64,000 nt of DNA from an uncultured Bacteroidales bacterium (GTDB taxonomy: Bacteria; Bacteroidota; Bacteroidia; Bacteroidales; G3-4614), in the NCBI GenBank assembly GCA_949297125.1, contig CASFRS010000020.1:84817-148816 (forward strand), read 5' to 3'. The notes below the pieces were generated by a model that worked only from the letters and a program-made list of their open reading frames with translations, did no database searches and was not told the origin of the DNA. Position 1 is the first letter of the stretch. Every line of letters begins with the position of its first letter. The translations under genes were made by a program, and so were the position numbers. This document shows, piece by piece, positions 18,696 to 28,441 of this stretch.

Positions 18696-19793
18696 ATGAA
18701 ACGTGCCGGTATTGCAGTAATAAAGGAGGCCGTAAAACTCGCGATAGCGAAGCGCCTCCCCTTTTATGCATATGCTCTGCCCGAAACCGAAACCGTGAAG
18801 ATGAGCGTATCTGTCAACTCCGGAGTTTCGGAAACCGGACTCGAAAGCGGAACTGGTTTTATCTTCTTCCCGTATAAGCCCGGCGACCGCCCGGCATTGT
18901 TCATAAAGGACGACCTTGTAATACGCGGCGAGAAGGAGTTGCACGCCTTGTATGGTATTCCTCCGCGAAGAGTCGAAACAGAACCTCGCCCGAATACGGC
19001 ATTGACATACGGGGCGTACTGCGACGGGGTAGGTGTCTTGCTTGAGAAACTGAGGTCGGGTGCAATAAAGAAAGCGGTATATTCCCGCACCTGCGAATAC
19101 GGATGTCCGGCTTTGGAATACGCTCCAGATTGGTTCGGATCCGTTGTCGGCACTTATCCGTCGGCATTCCGTTTTATAATATCCGTTCCCGGAACGGCAA
19201 CATGGATGGGGGCTACTCCCGAGTTGCTGCTTGAGTACGACGGCGGCAGAATCGCAACAATGGCGCTTGCCGCAACACGCGCAAACAGCGAAAAAAGAGG
19301 GTGGAGCATAAAAGAAGAAGAAGAACAGCAAATAGTAGCCGAGTATATAAAAGGGGTATTTCTGGAGGCCGGAATAGCCCCGGAGGTCTTTCCGCGCGAA
19401 GAATTGCAGGCCGGGCCTGTAACGCACCTGTGCAACAGGATATCCGCGAAAGAGATAACATTCGGTAAAGCCAGGGAACTGCTTGCGAAACTGCATCCCA
19501 CCCCCGCAGTATGCGGAGTTCCGGTTAGTGAGGCCGCCGCTTCGATAGCGGATGCCGAAAAGAGAAGCCGACGCTATTATTCTGGATATTTAGGACCGGT
19601 AGAAAAAGGGAAAAGTTTCAGTTTATTTGTAAATTTGCGTAGCATGGAACTTTTCAGCGACAGAGTGCAGTTGTACGTAGGCGGGGGGCTGACGGCAGGC
19701 TCCGAAATAAGGTCGGAATGGGAAGAGACCGAGCACAAGGCTGCAACTCTGCTCTCCTGCATAGACCAGAAAGATGAATACTACCACCGATAA
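18696..19793 (+). CDS. menF: Isochorismate synthase
   Basis: Chorismate-binding C-terminal motifs RYYSGYLGP and GGGLTAGSE..EWEETEHK. First gene of the men cluster. Confidence 0.85.
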   Translation: MKRAGIAVIKEAVKLAIAKRLPFYAYALPETETVKMSVSVNSGVSETGLESGTGFIFFPYKPGDRPALFIKDDLVIRGEKELHALYGIPPRRVETEPRPNTALTYGAYCDGVGVLLEKLRSGAIKKAVYSRTCEYGCPALEYAPDWFGSVVGTYPSAFRFIISVPGTATWMGATPELLLEYDGGRIATMALAATRANSEKRGWSIKEEEEQQIVAEYIKGVFLEAGIAPEVFPREELQAGPVTHLCNRISAKEITFGKARELLAKLHPTPAVCGVPVSEAAASIADAEKRSRRYYSGYLGPVEKGKSFSLFVNLRSMELFSDRVQLYVGGGLTAGSEIRSEWEETEHKAATLLSCIDQKDEYYHR

Positions 19794-21453
19794 GAAGCAA
19801 GTAAGAATACTCCTTGAAATATTGTCGCGCAAAGGGGTGGAGGATATTGTCATATCCCCCGGCTCCCGCAATGCCCCCCTTATCATAGGGGCGGCAAGGA
19901 ATGAAAAATTCCGCAAACATGTGGTTGTCGACGAGAGAAGTGCCGCATTTATGGGGCTTGGCATCGCCCAGCAAACAGGCAAGCCTGTCGCGCTTGTCTG
20001 TACTTCCGGTACGGCGGTGCTGAACTATGCTCCGGCGATAGCCGAAGCGTATTACCAGCAGCAGCCCCTGATTGTACTGACGGCCGACCGCCCTCCAGAA
20101 GCCATAGACCAGGATGACAGCCAGACCTTGAGACAGGACGGGATATACGCTAATTACATAAAATATTCGGTAACCCTCCCGACGGAAATATCCGTACCTG
20201 AAGACGAATATTATGTGGTGCGGGAAGTAAACCAGGCCGTGAATGCGGCGATGCGTCCCCCGTACGGCCCGGTACATATAAACATTCCGTTGCGCGAACC
20301 GTTGTCGGGTATCTCTTCCGATACCGAATCCCCACGTATAATAGAGGGCGGGAATCCCCGGAAGATACTTCCCGAAGAGGAAATTGCAGGATTGTCGGGG
20401 ATTCTCTCTTCTGCGTCGAGGGTAATGCTGCTCGCTTCGTTCGGGCGGTATGACAAAAAACTCTCCGAGGCTCTCGAAACCTTTGCGCAGCTCCCCCAGG
20501 TAGTATTGCTTACCGAAAACATTTCAAATATACGGGCAAAAGGGGCCATAACAACAATAGACAAACTCCTCTCTTCCATTCCGGAAGGAAGGGAACAGAC
20601 GTATGCGCCCGACCTGCTGGTAACGTTCGGCGGCTCGCTCGTCTCCAAAATGATAAAGCAGTTTATAAAATCGTATCCGCCAAAAGAGCACTGGAACATA
20701 AACCAGGGTCCGTTTCTTGTGGATACGTTCCGTGCGCTTACCCGTCAGATAGATGCCACCCCCTCATACCTTTTAGGCCGCATGGCTGAGCAGGCAACGG
20801 CAAAAAACGCGGCGGAATATTCGCAGTTGTGGCATAAACTGGAAGAAGAAGCCGAAGCGGCAAAGCAGAAATATATCGACTCGATACCGTGGAGTGATTT
20901 GAAAGCCTTTTCCGTGCTCCTGCCGGAAATTCCTGCAGGAACAGCCCTGCAACTCTCCAACGGTACCCCGGTCAGGTATGCCCAGCTTTTCCGGTGCAAC
21001 CAGTTTGCGACGGTAAACTCCAACCGGGGGGTAAGCGGTATAGACGGTGCTGTCTCTACGGCAGTGGGGGCGGCCGTGGCAAATCCCGGGAGAGACACCC
21101 TGCTTATAACAGGCGACATGGGATTCCTGTACGATTCCAACGGCCTTGCAATACACGATATTCCTCCTGCATTAAAGATAGTGGTAATGAAAAACGGGGG
21201 TGGCAATATTTTCCGCTTCCTTAAGGGAACATCGCAGCTTCCCGAACTGGAACGCTACTTTGAAACCGTACAGGATGTGAACGTGGAGGCTTTGGCGCAA
21301 GCAGGCGGGTTTGAATATTTCAAGGCGGAGAATGAAACAGCTCTTCGGGAAGCGCTTCCCCTCTTTCTCGGTTCAGAAGGAAAAAGCCTGCTCGAGATCG
21401 AGACCCCGAGATGCGAGAATGACAAGATTTTGAGAAACTATTTTAAACAGTAA
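19774..21453 (+). CDS. menD: 2-succinyl-5-enolpyruvyl-6-hydroxy-3-cyclohexene-1-carboxylate synthase
   Basis: ThDP enzyme fold, with ISPGSRNAPL and NRGVSGIDG. Overlaps the end of menF by 20 nt. Confidence 0.9.
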   Translation: MNTTTDKKQVRILLEILSRKGVEDIVISPGSRNAPLIIGAARNEKFRKHVVVDERSAAFMGLGIAQQTGKPVALVCTSGTAVLNYAPAIAEAYYQQQPLIVLTADRPPEAIDQDDSQTLRQDGIYANYIKYSVTLPTEISVPEDEYYVVREVNQAVNAAMRPPYGPVHINIPLREPLSGISSDTESPRIIEGGNPRKILPEEEIAGLSGILSSASRVMLLASFGRYDKKLSEALETFAQLPQVVLLTENISNIRAKGAITTIDKLLSSIPEGREQTYAPDLLVTFGGSLVSKMIKQFIKSYPPKEHWNINQGPFLVDTFRALTRQIDATPSYLLGRMAEQATAKNAAEYSQLWHKLEEEAEAAKQKYIDSIPWSDLKAFSVLLPEIPAGTALQLSNGTPVRYAQLFRCNQFATVNSNRGVSGIDGAVSTAVGAAVANPGRDTLLITGDMGFLYDSNGLAIHDIPPALKIVVMKNGGGNIFRFLKGTSQLPELERYFETVQDVNVEALAQAGGFEYFKAENETALREALPLFLGSEGKSLLEIETPRCENDKILRNYFKQ

Positions 21454-21459
21454 GAATAT

Positions 21460-22278
21460 ATGCAACGCGAATGGACAACGATAAAGGAGTATGGCGATAT
21501 AAAGTTCGAGCAATACGGTGCGATAGCCAAGATAACAATCAACAGGCCGAGAGTATACAATGCATTCCGTCCCCAGACGAATGACGAGATGCTGGATGCC
21601 ATGAAGATATGCCGCGAAAGAAGCGATATAGGGGTGATAATCCTCACAGGAGCAGGCGATAAGGCTTTCTGCTCCGGTGGCGACCAGAACGTGAAGACTC
21701 TCGGCGGCTATATGGGAGAAGACGGGGTGCCACGCCTCAACGTGCTTGACCTCCACCGAGCCATACGCTCTATACCTAAACCCGTTATAGCTATGGTAAA
21801 CGGGTATGCGATAGGGGGCGGGCACGTACTTCATGTAGTGTGCGACCTTACTATTGCGGCCGAATCGGCGCGTTTCGGGCAGACGGGGCCCAAGGTAGGA
21901 AGTTTCGACGGAGGGTTCGGGTCGTCCTATCTGGCACGCTGTGTCGGGCAGAAAAAGGCCCGTGAAATATGGTTCCTGTGCAGGCAATATACGGCAAAAG
22001 AGGCCGAAGAAATGGGCCTGGTAAACAAGGTCGTGCCGCTCGACAGGTTGGAAGACGAAACTGTAGAGTGGTGCGAAACTATACTTAAACGCAGCCCGAT
22101 GGCTATCCGTATGATAAAGAGGGCATTGAACGCCGAACTGGACGGTCAGGCCGGGCTGATGGAGTTTGCCGGCGATGCCACGCTCATGTACTATCTTACC
22201 GAAGAAGCACAGGAGGGGAAAAATGCTTTTCTGGAAAAGCGCGACCCGGACTTCAAGAAATTCCCCAAATTCCCGTAA
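21460..22278 (+). CDS. menB: 1,4-dihydroxy-2-naphthoyl-CoA synthase
   Basis: Crotonase fold with the MenB signatures FCSGGDQ and [15 protein letters not shown]. Confidence 0.95.
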   Translation: MQREWTTIKEYGDIKFEQYGAIAKITINRPRVYNAFRPQTNDEMLDAMKICRERSDIGVIILTGAGDKAFCSGGDQNVKTLGGYMGEDGVPRLNVLDLHRAIRSIPKPVIAMVNGYAIGGGHVLHVVCDLTIAAESARFGQTGPKVGSFDGGFGSSYLARCVGQKKAREIWFLCRQYTAKEAEEMGLVNKVVPLDRLEDETVEWCETILKRSPMAIRMIKRALNAELDGQAGLMEFAGDATLMYYLTEEAQEGKNAFLEKRDPDFKKFPKFP

Positions 22279-22293
22279 ACACTCTGTCGGCAG

Positions 22294-23337
22294 ATGAAAG
22301 CGACATACAGGAAATATACGCTACGGTTTAAGTTCACTGCCCGGACATCGCGGAACGCGATGACGGAGAAAGAGACTTATTTCATTAAGATATGGGATGA
22401 GCAGACTCCCGAAAAGTTCGGGATAGGGGAGGCAGCGATATTCCGGGGACTGAGTGCGGACGATACGCCCGAATACGAAAACAAGGTGAAGGATGTCTGC
22501 CGGGCGATAGAACATTCTGCCGATATGGATTTAGGCCGGTGGAGTTCAATCCGTTTAGGCGTGGAGACGGCATTGGCCGATTATGCGTGCGGAGGACGCC
22601 GCATGCTGTTCGATACGGCATTTTCGCGTGGGAACTGCGGGATAAGGATAAACGGCCTTGTCTGGATGGGAAGCAAGGATGAGATGAAACTCAGGATAGC
22701 CGAAAAACTCTCAATGGGCGTAAAGTGCATGAAACTGAAAATAGGTGGGATAGATTTCGAGTCGGAACTCTCCCTTATATCGGAAATACGCAAGAATTTC
22801 CCGCCCGATGTATTGGAGTTGCGGCTGGATGCCAACGGTGCGTTCTCGCCCGAAGAGGCCCTTGAAAAACTTGAAACTCTTTCGCGCTACGGAATCCATT
22901 CCGTAGAACAGCCCGTATCCCCGGGGCAATGGAGGCAAATGGCGCGGATATGTGCTGAATCTCCGATACCGATAGCGCTGGATGAAGAGCTGATAGGCGT
23001 AGAATCGGAAAATGCGAAAAGGGAGTTGCTCGATACCGTAAAGCCGCAGTACATAATACTGAAACCGTCGTTATGCGGCGGGTTCAGCGGCGCTGACCGG
23101 TGGATAGCCCTTGCCCGGGAGCGCGGAGCAGGGTGGTGGGCCACATCGGCGTTGGAGTCCGACATAGGACTGAATGCAATAGCCCAATGGGTAACGCAAT
23201 ATCAGCTGGATATGCCGCAAGGGCTCGGCACGGGGATGCTGTATGAAAACAATATCCCGTCGCCGTTGAGGTGCAAGGGCGATATGCTGTGGCTGGAGAA
23301 AGAGGGCAAATGGGATTTATCGGTTCTGGATATATGA
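22294..23337 (+). CDS. menC: o-succinylbenzoate synthase (enolase superfamily)
   Basis: KLKIGG, LRLDANGAF, EQP and LDEEL metal-ligand pattern. Position within the men operon. Confidence 0.8.
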   Translation: MKATYRKYTLRFKFTARTSRNAMTEKETYFIKIWDEQTPEKFGIGEAAIFRGLSADDTPEYENKVKDVCRAIEHSADMDLGRWSSIRLGVETALADYACGGRRMLFDTAFSRGNCGIRINGLVWMGSKDEMKLRIAEKLSMGVKCMKLKIGGIDFESELSLISEIRKNFPPDVLELRLDANGAFSPEEALEKLETLSRYGIHSVEQPVSPGQWRQMARICAESPIPIALDEELIGVESENAKRELLDTVKPQYIILKPSLCGGFSGADRWIALARERGAGWWATSALESDIGLNAIAQWVTQYQLDMPQGLGTGMLYENNIPSPLRCKGDMLWLEKEGKWDLSVLDI

Positions 23338-24362
23338 TAATAGATATAGACGGGAAAAAGTATCAGAATATTGAAGATGCTTATTCGGTTTTGCCGGAAG
23401 ATTTTGCCGGGTTTATAAAAGAGTGGTTCGATGATAAACCGTATGTAACAGCGCATACATCCGGTTCGACCGGCAAACCAAAAGAGATAAGGCTGTTGAA
23501 GTCCGATATGGAAGCATCGGCAGCCTTGACGAATGCCTTTTTTGAAATAAACTCCTCTTCCCGCTTGCTGTTGTGCCTTTCTCCGGCATACATAGCAGGG
23601 AAAATGATGATAGTGCGGTGGCTGCTCTCGGGCGGGGAACTGGCGGTGCGAAAACCGTCGATACTTCCGTTGCGGGAAGAAGACGGATACTTCCATTTTG
23701 CCGCCATGGTCCCGGCACAGGTGAAAGCCCTTCTCTCCGATGAAGCTACGTTAAAGCTCCTCGACAATACAGGTGCGCTGATAATAGGGGGTGCACCGTT
23801 GGACGGCGATACCGAAACCCGCCTTGCGGCAACCGGGACGTCGGCATACGCAACGTACGGGATGACGGAGACCATGTCTCATATAGCACTGCGCAAGATA
23901 GGTCGCGACGAGGATTATTTCGCTCTCGGCGATGTGTCGTTCAGTGCGGACGAAAGAGGGTGTCTTGTAATAGAACTCCCGCATTTGTCCATTGGCCGCG
24001 TTGTAACGAACGATATGGTCAGACTTGACGGAGAGCGGCGTTTCAGATGGTTGGGCAGGTACGACAATGTTATAAATTCCGGCGGAATAAAGATAATCCC
24101 CGAAGAGATAGAAGCCGTCCTGCGTCCGCATATAGGCCGCCGCTTTTACGTAACTGGCGCACCTGACGGCAAATGGGGCGAAAAACCGGTAATAGTTATA
24201 GAAGGCGTAGAATGGGGGCGCGAAGAACAGGACAACCTGCTTGCCGCCATGGAAAAGGATATAGAATCGCCGAAACGCCCCCGGGTAATACTCTTTCTGG
24301 AACGGTTCAGGGAAACAGGTTCTGGCAAGGTACTGAGGGTTTTGCCCCCATGCGATATTTGA
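23334..24362 (+). CDS. menE: o-succinylbenzoate-CoA ligase (AMP-binding)
   Basis: TSGSTGKPK and YGMTET motifs. The ATG overlaps the menC stop (ATGA at 23334-23337). Confidence 0.8.
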   Translation: MIIDIDGKKYQNIEDAYSVLPEDFAGFIKEWFDDKPYVTAHTSGSTGKPKEIRLLKSDMEASAALTNAFFEINSSSRLLLCLSPAYIAGKMMIVRWLLSGGELAVRKPSILPLREEDGYFHFAAMVPAQVKALLSDEATLKLLDNTGALIIGGAPLDGDTETRLAATGTSAYATYGMTETMSHIALRKIGRDEDYFALGDVSFSADERGCLVIELPHLSIGRVVTNDMVRLDGERRFRWLGRYDNVINSGGIKIIPEEIEAVLRPHIGRRFYVTGAPDGKWGEKPVIVIEGVEWGREEQDNLLAAMEKDIESPKRPRVILFLERFRETGSGKVLRVLPPCDI

Positions 24363-24399
24363 ACGGCTGCCAAACGGAACATGCATGCCATGGAAAGAC

Positions 24400-24443
24400 A
24401 AAAGAACAGGATGAAACCGATATCGGTTTCATCCTGTTCTTTT
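24400..24443. terminator. Bidirectional rho-independent terminator between convergent menE and secG
   Basis: Perfect 36-nt palindrome GAACAGGATGAAACCGATATCGGTTTCATCCTGTTC, flanked by AAAA on one side and TTTT on the other. Confidence 0.85.
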
Positions 24444-24471
24444 GTTCGCTGTCGGATATGCAGTCTCCTTA

Positions 24472-24813
24472 TCAGTTGGCTTCGTCTGTTGCTGCGGGCA
24501 GAACGGGTACATTCTGGTTCTGCTGCATGTCGGGCATTGCCGGAATCTCTTTCTTAATCATATCCTGTATCTCCGACTTGTTGCCTGCATTGCGGGTTAT
24601 AAATGCTGCGGAAACGATGCTTAAAACAACTATCGTCCCTGCGAGACTCCATGTGGCTTTCTCAAGGAAATCGGTGGTTTTGCGTACACCCATTATCTGG
24701 TTCGACGAAGAGAAGCCGGCGGCCAAGCCTCCGCCTTTGGAATTTTGTACTAAAACTATAAGAATCAAAAAGATTGCGGCCAGTACAATTAAAATGGTGA
24801 TGAATAACGACAT
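24472..24813 (-). CDS. secG: Preprotein translocase subunit SecG
   Basis: MSLFITILIVLAAIFLILIVLVQNSKGGGLAAGF is canonical SecG. Confidence 0.9.
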   Translation of the reverse strand: MSLFITILIVLAAIFLILIVLVQNSKGGGLAAGFSSSNQIMGVRKTTDFLEKATWSLAGTIVVLSIVSAAFITRNAGNKSEIQDMIKKEIPAMPDMQQNQNVPVLPAATDEAN

Positions 24814-24814
24814 A

Positions 24815-25534
24815 TTACTCTGTTTTTATATTATCTGTTAATTTTTTCAAGAATCTGATTTGGTCTGCAAAGTAAATATTTTTTTCCGGATAAATCAAAC
24901 TTAATTTGTTTATAATTTCCAGAGCCCTGTCGTAACGTCGCTGCTTTATATATATTTTGGCAAGGCTTTCGGTGTAAAACTCCTCTTCGATAACACATCT
25001 TTCATCGTCATCCATGCCGGATTCACCGCAATCGGCAATCTCCTCTTCTTCGATTGCTGCGTAGCATGCATTTTTCAGATCGCCGCTTTTTACCGCTTCC
25101 AGAAAAGAATCTATCGAACTTATTTGAGAAGAGCCACCGTCGCTGCACTCCGTGGCGGTAAAGTCGCTTTCGGCGAAGTAGTCGCCAGCCGGTGCGCCCG
25201 AACGGATTATATCGTCGATGCTCAGGTCCTGACTGTCTCCCGCTGCCGAAATAAAATCGTCAATTCTCGAAAAGTCCGACTTGTCTTGCCCGTTTTCGTG
25301 TGTGTCTGCGGTAACAGCATGTGTTTCAGACTGCGGTCCGGCACAGCCGCCCTCCGCCTTGCCTGTCTCCTTTACATTGCGCATAAGCATGGAGAGTTTA
25401 CGCAGTTCCTTTGATATGGCCGACCTGTTCCCTTTTCCGTGCATCTCCAGAGCCGACAAAATACCCCCATTTCCCCCCGGTTTCCCGACAGGTTTCTTTT
25501 TATTGGCGTCCGTTTCTCTTTCAGTTACCCCCAT
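24815..25534 (-). CDS. Hypothetical acidic protein with a TPR-like C-terminal motif
   Basis: 239-aa ORF packed tightly between lptE and secG. C-terminus FYTESLAKIYIKQRRYDRALEIINKLSLIYPEKNIYF. No enzymatic motif seen. Confidence 0.5.
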   Translation of the reverse strand: MGVTERETDANKKKPVGKPGGNGGILSALEMHGKGNRSAISKELRKLSMLMRNVKETGKAEGGCAGPQSETHAVTADTHENGQDKSDFSRIDDFISAAGDSQDLSIDDIIRSGAPAGDYFAESDFTATECSDGGSSQISSIDSFLEAVKSGDLKNACYAAIEEEEIADCGESGMDDDERCVIEEEFYTESLAKIYIKQRRYDRALEIINKLSLIYPEKNIYFADQIRFLKKLTDNIKTE

Positions 25535-25539
25535 AAAGG

Positions 25540-26055
25540 TTACCAGTTCGCTACTGTGGCATTGAATATCAATTCGGCCAGTTCGGCACTTATCTCCGAA
25601 ATCAACTCATCCTGTACCTGGTTTAGCATAAGGGAACTGTCGAAATCCCTGTATGCGCTGAAAGTCTGGTCTATATTGAATTTCGGGTTTTTGGTATCGG
25701 TATATTTTACCCTTACGGTAATGGTCAGCCGCGTTTGGGAGGCATATGCATCCGCCTTGACCGCCTGCGGCGACAGCGAATATCCCGTTATTTCCCCTTC
25801 AACCTGCAAATCGCCGTTGCGCGGAACGATGCTGAGACGAGTCTGTCTTGTATAAATATCCTGCAACGCATTGTTGAATACGGCAGCCAGCGGAGGATAT
25901 ACAAGCGAGGCCCTGATGGGGAAGTTGGCTATCGAAATGGTTTTAGTAACGTTGTAGTCGATAGAAGCCCCGTTGAACTTGTACGATATGGTACAAGACA
26001 ATATTATGACCGACAGTACCGATGTCAGGAGTATAATACCCGTTTTCCGTATCAT
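25540..26055 (-). CDS. lptE: LptE-like LPS-assembly lipoprotein
   Basis: Lipobox VIILSC, ~170 aa, beta-rich. Sits in the conserved position between the sigma-54 activator and secG. Confidence 0.6.
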   Translation of the reverse strand: MIRKTGIILLTSVLSVIILSCTISYKFNGASIDYNVTKTISIANFPIRASLVYPPLAAVFNNALQDIYTRQTRLSIVPRNGDLQVEGEITGYSLSPQAVKADAYASQTRLTITVRVKYTDTKNPKFNIDQTFSAYRDFDSSLMLNQVQDELISEISAELAELIFNATVANW

Positions 26056-27251
26056 TATTCCAAGTTGTATTCCTTTATTTTCCTGTATAATGTGCGTTCC
26101 GAGATTTTAAGTTCCTCGGCGCATTTTTTCCGTTTGCCGTTATTGCGTTCCAGGGCCTTGCGAATCATGTCCTTCTCGGCCTCTTCAAGCGATACGGCAT
26201 TCGGCTCGATGCTTTCGGCATGAACCGTTTCTATATTGTCGAACTGTTCCGTAGGTTTGCGGACTACGGTAGGGAGCGTGTGCTGTCTGGAATCCTGCTC
26301 GATGATTTGCGGGATATGCTCCTTGCGTCCCGATTCCCGAATCGAACTCTTAAGTTCGTCAAGTTCCTTACGCATGTCCAGTATTATTTTATAGAGCATT
26401 TCCTTTTCCGACTGCAACATGATATTGTCCCTGTTCAACGCAGGAAGATTGGGTTCGTCAATTCTCGGCAGATATGAACGCAAGATGTCGGCCGTAACTT
26501 CCCTCGATGTCTCGAATATGGAAATCTGTTCCGTAACGTTTCTCAACTGCCTGATATTCCCCGGCCAACTGTAGGACGTCATCAGTTCTTTTGCATCTTC
26601 GGAGAGCTGAATGGCCGGCATGCGGTATTTTTCGGCGAAGTCCGACGAGAATTTCCTGAAAAGAAGCAGAATATCGTTTTTTCTTTCTCTCAATGGGGGG
26701 AGTTCTATCCTTACGGTGTTCAACCTGTAAAAGAGGTCTTCCCTGAATTTCCCTTCGGCAACGGCCTTCTCCATGTCCAGGTTTGTAGCGGCAACTATCC
26801 TGACATCGGTTTTCTGAACCTTCGACGAACCTACCTTTATGAATTCCCCGTTTTCCAGAACCCTTAGCAGCCTTGCCTGCGTGGTCATGGGAAGTTCCCC
26901 GACTTCGTCGAGGAAAATAGTCCCTCCGTTTCCCTCCTCGAAATACCCTTTACGGTCGGCAAGAGCGCCGGTAAAAGCACCCTTTTCATGGCCGAAAAGT
27001 TCCGAGTCGATAGTCCCTTCCGGAATGGCGCCGCAGTTTACTGCAATATATTTGTTGTGTTTCCTGAGGCTGTTTGCGTGTATTATCTGCGGGAAAAACT
27101 CCTTGCCCGTCCCGCTCTCTCCGGTAATAAGGACCGAAATATCGAACGGGGCTATCTGCATGGCGCGGGTTATGGCTCTCGTCAACGACGGGGTATTCCC
27201 TATTATGCCGAACCTTTGCTTCGTGTTTATAATATCAGTATCCGTTATCAT
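26055..27251 (-). CDS. Sigma-54-dependent transcriptional activator (AAA+ plus Fis-type HTH, no N-terminal sensory domain)
   Basis: Walker A GESGTGKE starts ~aa 44. GAFTGA loop (EKGAFTGA). C-terminal HTH ELKISERTLYRKIKEY. The stop overlaps the lptE ATG (TAATG). Confidence 0.9.
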   Translation of the reverse strand: MITDTDIINTKQRFGIIGNTPSLTRAITRAMQIAPFDISVLITGESGTGKEFFPQIIHANSLRKHNKYIAVNCGAIPEGTIDSELFGHEKGAFTGALADRKGYFEEGNGGTIFLDEVGELPMTTQARLLRVLENGEFIKVGSSKVQKTDVRIVAATNLDMEKAVAEGKFREDLFYRLNTVRIELPPLRERKNDILLLFRKFSSDFAEKYRMPAIQLSEDAKELMTSYSWPGNIRQLRNVTEQISIFETSREVTADILRSYLPRIDEPNLPALNRDNIMLQSEKEMLYKIILDMRKELDELKSSIRESGRKEHIPQIIEQDSRQHTLPTVVRKPTEQFDNIETVHAESIEPNAVSLEEAEKDMIRKALERNNGKRKKCAEELKISERTLYRKIKEYNLE

Positions 27252-27740
27252 GTGTCATGTATAAGACTTGAACATGCAAAAGGTGTAAAATACATGCATC
27301 CCTTGCAGCACATGCTTTTGCCCGCCTTTAACCTGCAGGGCGCGATTCCCTTCCCGGGCAAAAATAACGCAAACGAGGGCAGAAACAAACCGCGAGGTTT
27401 TGTTATGCCGAGTGCCGCTTGTTTTCGCCGTTTTACGGCAAAGATACCCCCCCGGCCGGGAGATAGCGGAAGGAATCATGTATTTGAACACAAAGTTAGA
27501 AAAAAAAATGCAATCCCGACAGTTGCCGTATATTAAAAGATCCAACTGTAAAAGGCGGCGGTTTCCGGCGGGCAATATATCTTCATAACGTTATGGGGAA
27601 AGCAAGTTTGCCGAGTGCGGGCGACAAGCCGAAATATTTATGAATCAGCCTCCGGCAGAAGAATCGACGCCTTGCGGGGGATTAGGCGTATAAATAAAAA
27701 TGTTTTGTAAAAAAATTATATGCCATTGAAAAAAAATATG

Positions 27741-27748
27741 TAATTTTG
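27741..27748 (+). promoter_or_regulatory. -7 promoter box TAATTTTG upstream of the DUF3575 locus
   Basis: Exact TAnnTTTG in an AT-rich stretch ~100 nt upstream of the ATG at 27850. Confidence 0.45.
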
Positions 27749-27849
27749 CGCTCGAATGTGTATTCTCTCTTGGAAAGTTTATGGACTTGATTTAAAAGAG
27801 GAAAAAGGATACGGTACATTCACGAGGCCTTAACAAATTAATTGAAGTG

Positions 27850-28428
27850 ATGAATCAAAGCATTAAAATCCCGATAAATACTGCAGCGATAAAAAAATAT
27901 CGGGTTTTGTTAATGATATTGTTCTGTTGTATCTCTTATTCATCTTATTCGCAAAAGATAGCGTTGAAGACGAATGCCGTGTTGTGGGCAACCGTATCGC
28001 CCAACCTGTCGGCCGAGTTTGTCGTTTCGCCGAACATGTCGGTCGATTTGTCGGCATCGTTCAATGTCTGGTCTCCGTATTCAGGCATCAAAACCGATCA
28101 CGTCTCGGTTTCTCCCGAGTTCCGTTATTGGTTCGGGCGTCCGATGGCGCAACATTTCCTCGGTGTTACTCTGTTGTACATGAATTACGATATGGGGTAT
28201 AAGGGGACGTTGTACGACGGTCAGGCCTTGGGCGGAGGTATAACCTACGGTTACGATTTCGTACTTGGAAAACATTGGAATCTGGAACTTACGGCCGGGG
28301 TCGGTGCGATGTTCCATTGGCAGTACCGCTATAAGGAAGAAGCACCCCGTCCGGCAGACTACAACAGTTTCGGGTGGAATGCGGTACCTGTAAAACTGGG
28401 TGTGAACATATCATATGTAATCTTCTAA
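27850..28428 (+). CDS. DUF3575 family outer-membrane beta-barrel protein
   Basis: Signal peptide followed by ALKTNAVLWATVSPNLSAEFVVSPNMSVDLSASFNVWSP, which matches the DUF3575 N-terminal signature. C-terminal ...NISYVIF. Confidence 0.8.
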   Translation: MNQSIKIPINTAAIKKYRVLLMILFCCISYSSYSQKIALKTNAVLWATVSPNLSAEFVVSPNMSVDLSASFNVWSPYSGIKTDHVSVSPEFRYWFGRPMAQHFLGVTLLYMNYDMGYKGTLYDGQALGGGITYGYDFVLGKHWNLELTAGVGAMFHWQYRYKEEAPRPADYNSFGWNAVPVKLGVNISYVIF

Positions 28429-28441
28429 AAAAGCGTTGTAA

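Noticed and set aside
27584-27595. The palindrome CATAACGTTATG as a possible inverted-repeat arm of a phase-variable (invertible) promoter for the DUF3575 locus.
   Set aside because: An invertible element needs two separated inverted copies flanking the promoter. I found only this single self-palindrome, with no partner between 27600 and 27850. No recombinase gene is nearby.
27597-27611. Sigma-54-type -24/-12 promoter candidate (GGGGAAAGCAAGTTTGC) near the sigma-54 activator gene; also GCAGCACATGCTTTTGC at 27305-27321.
   Set aside because: The GG-to-GC spacing is off by one and the conserved TGGCA(C) core is missing. The second candidate has CAGCAC instead of TGGCAC and wrong spacing. Neither is convincing.
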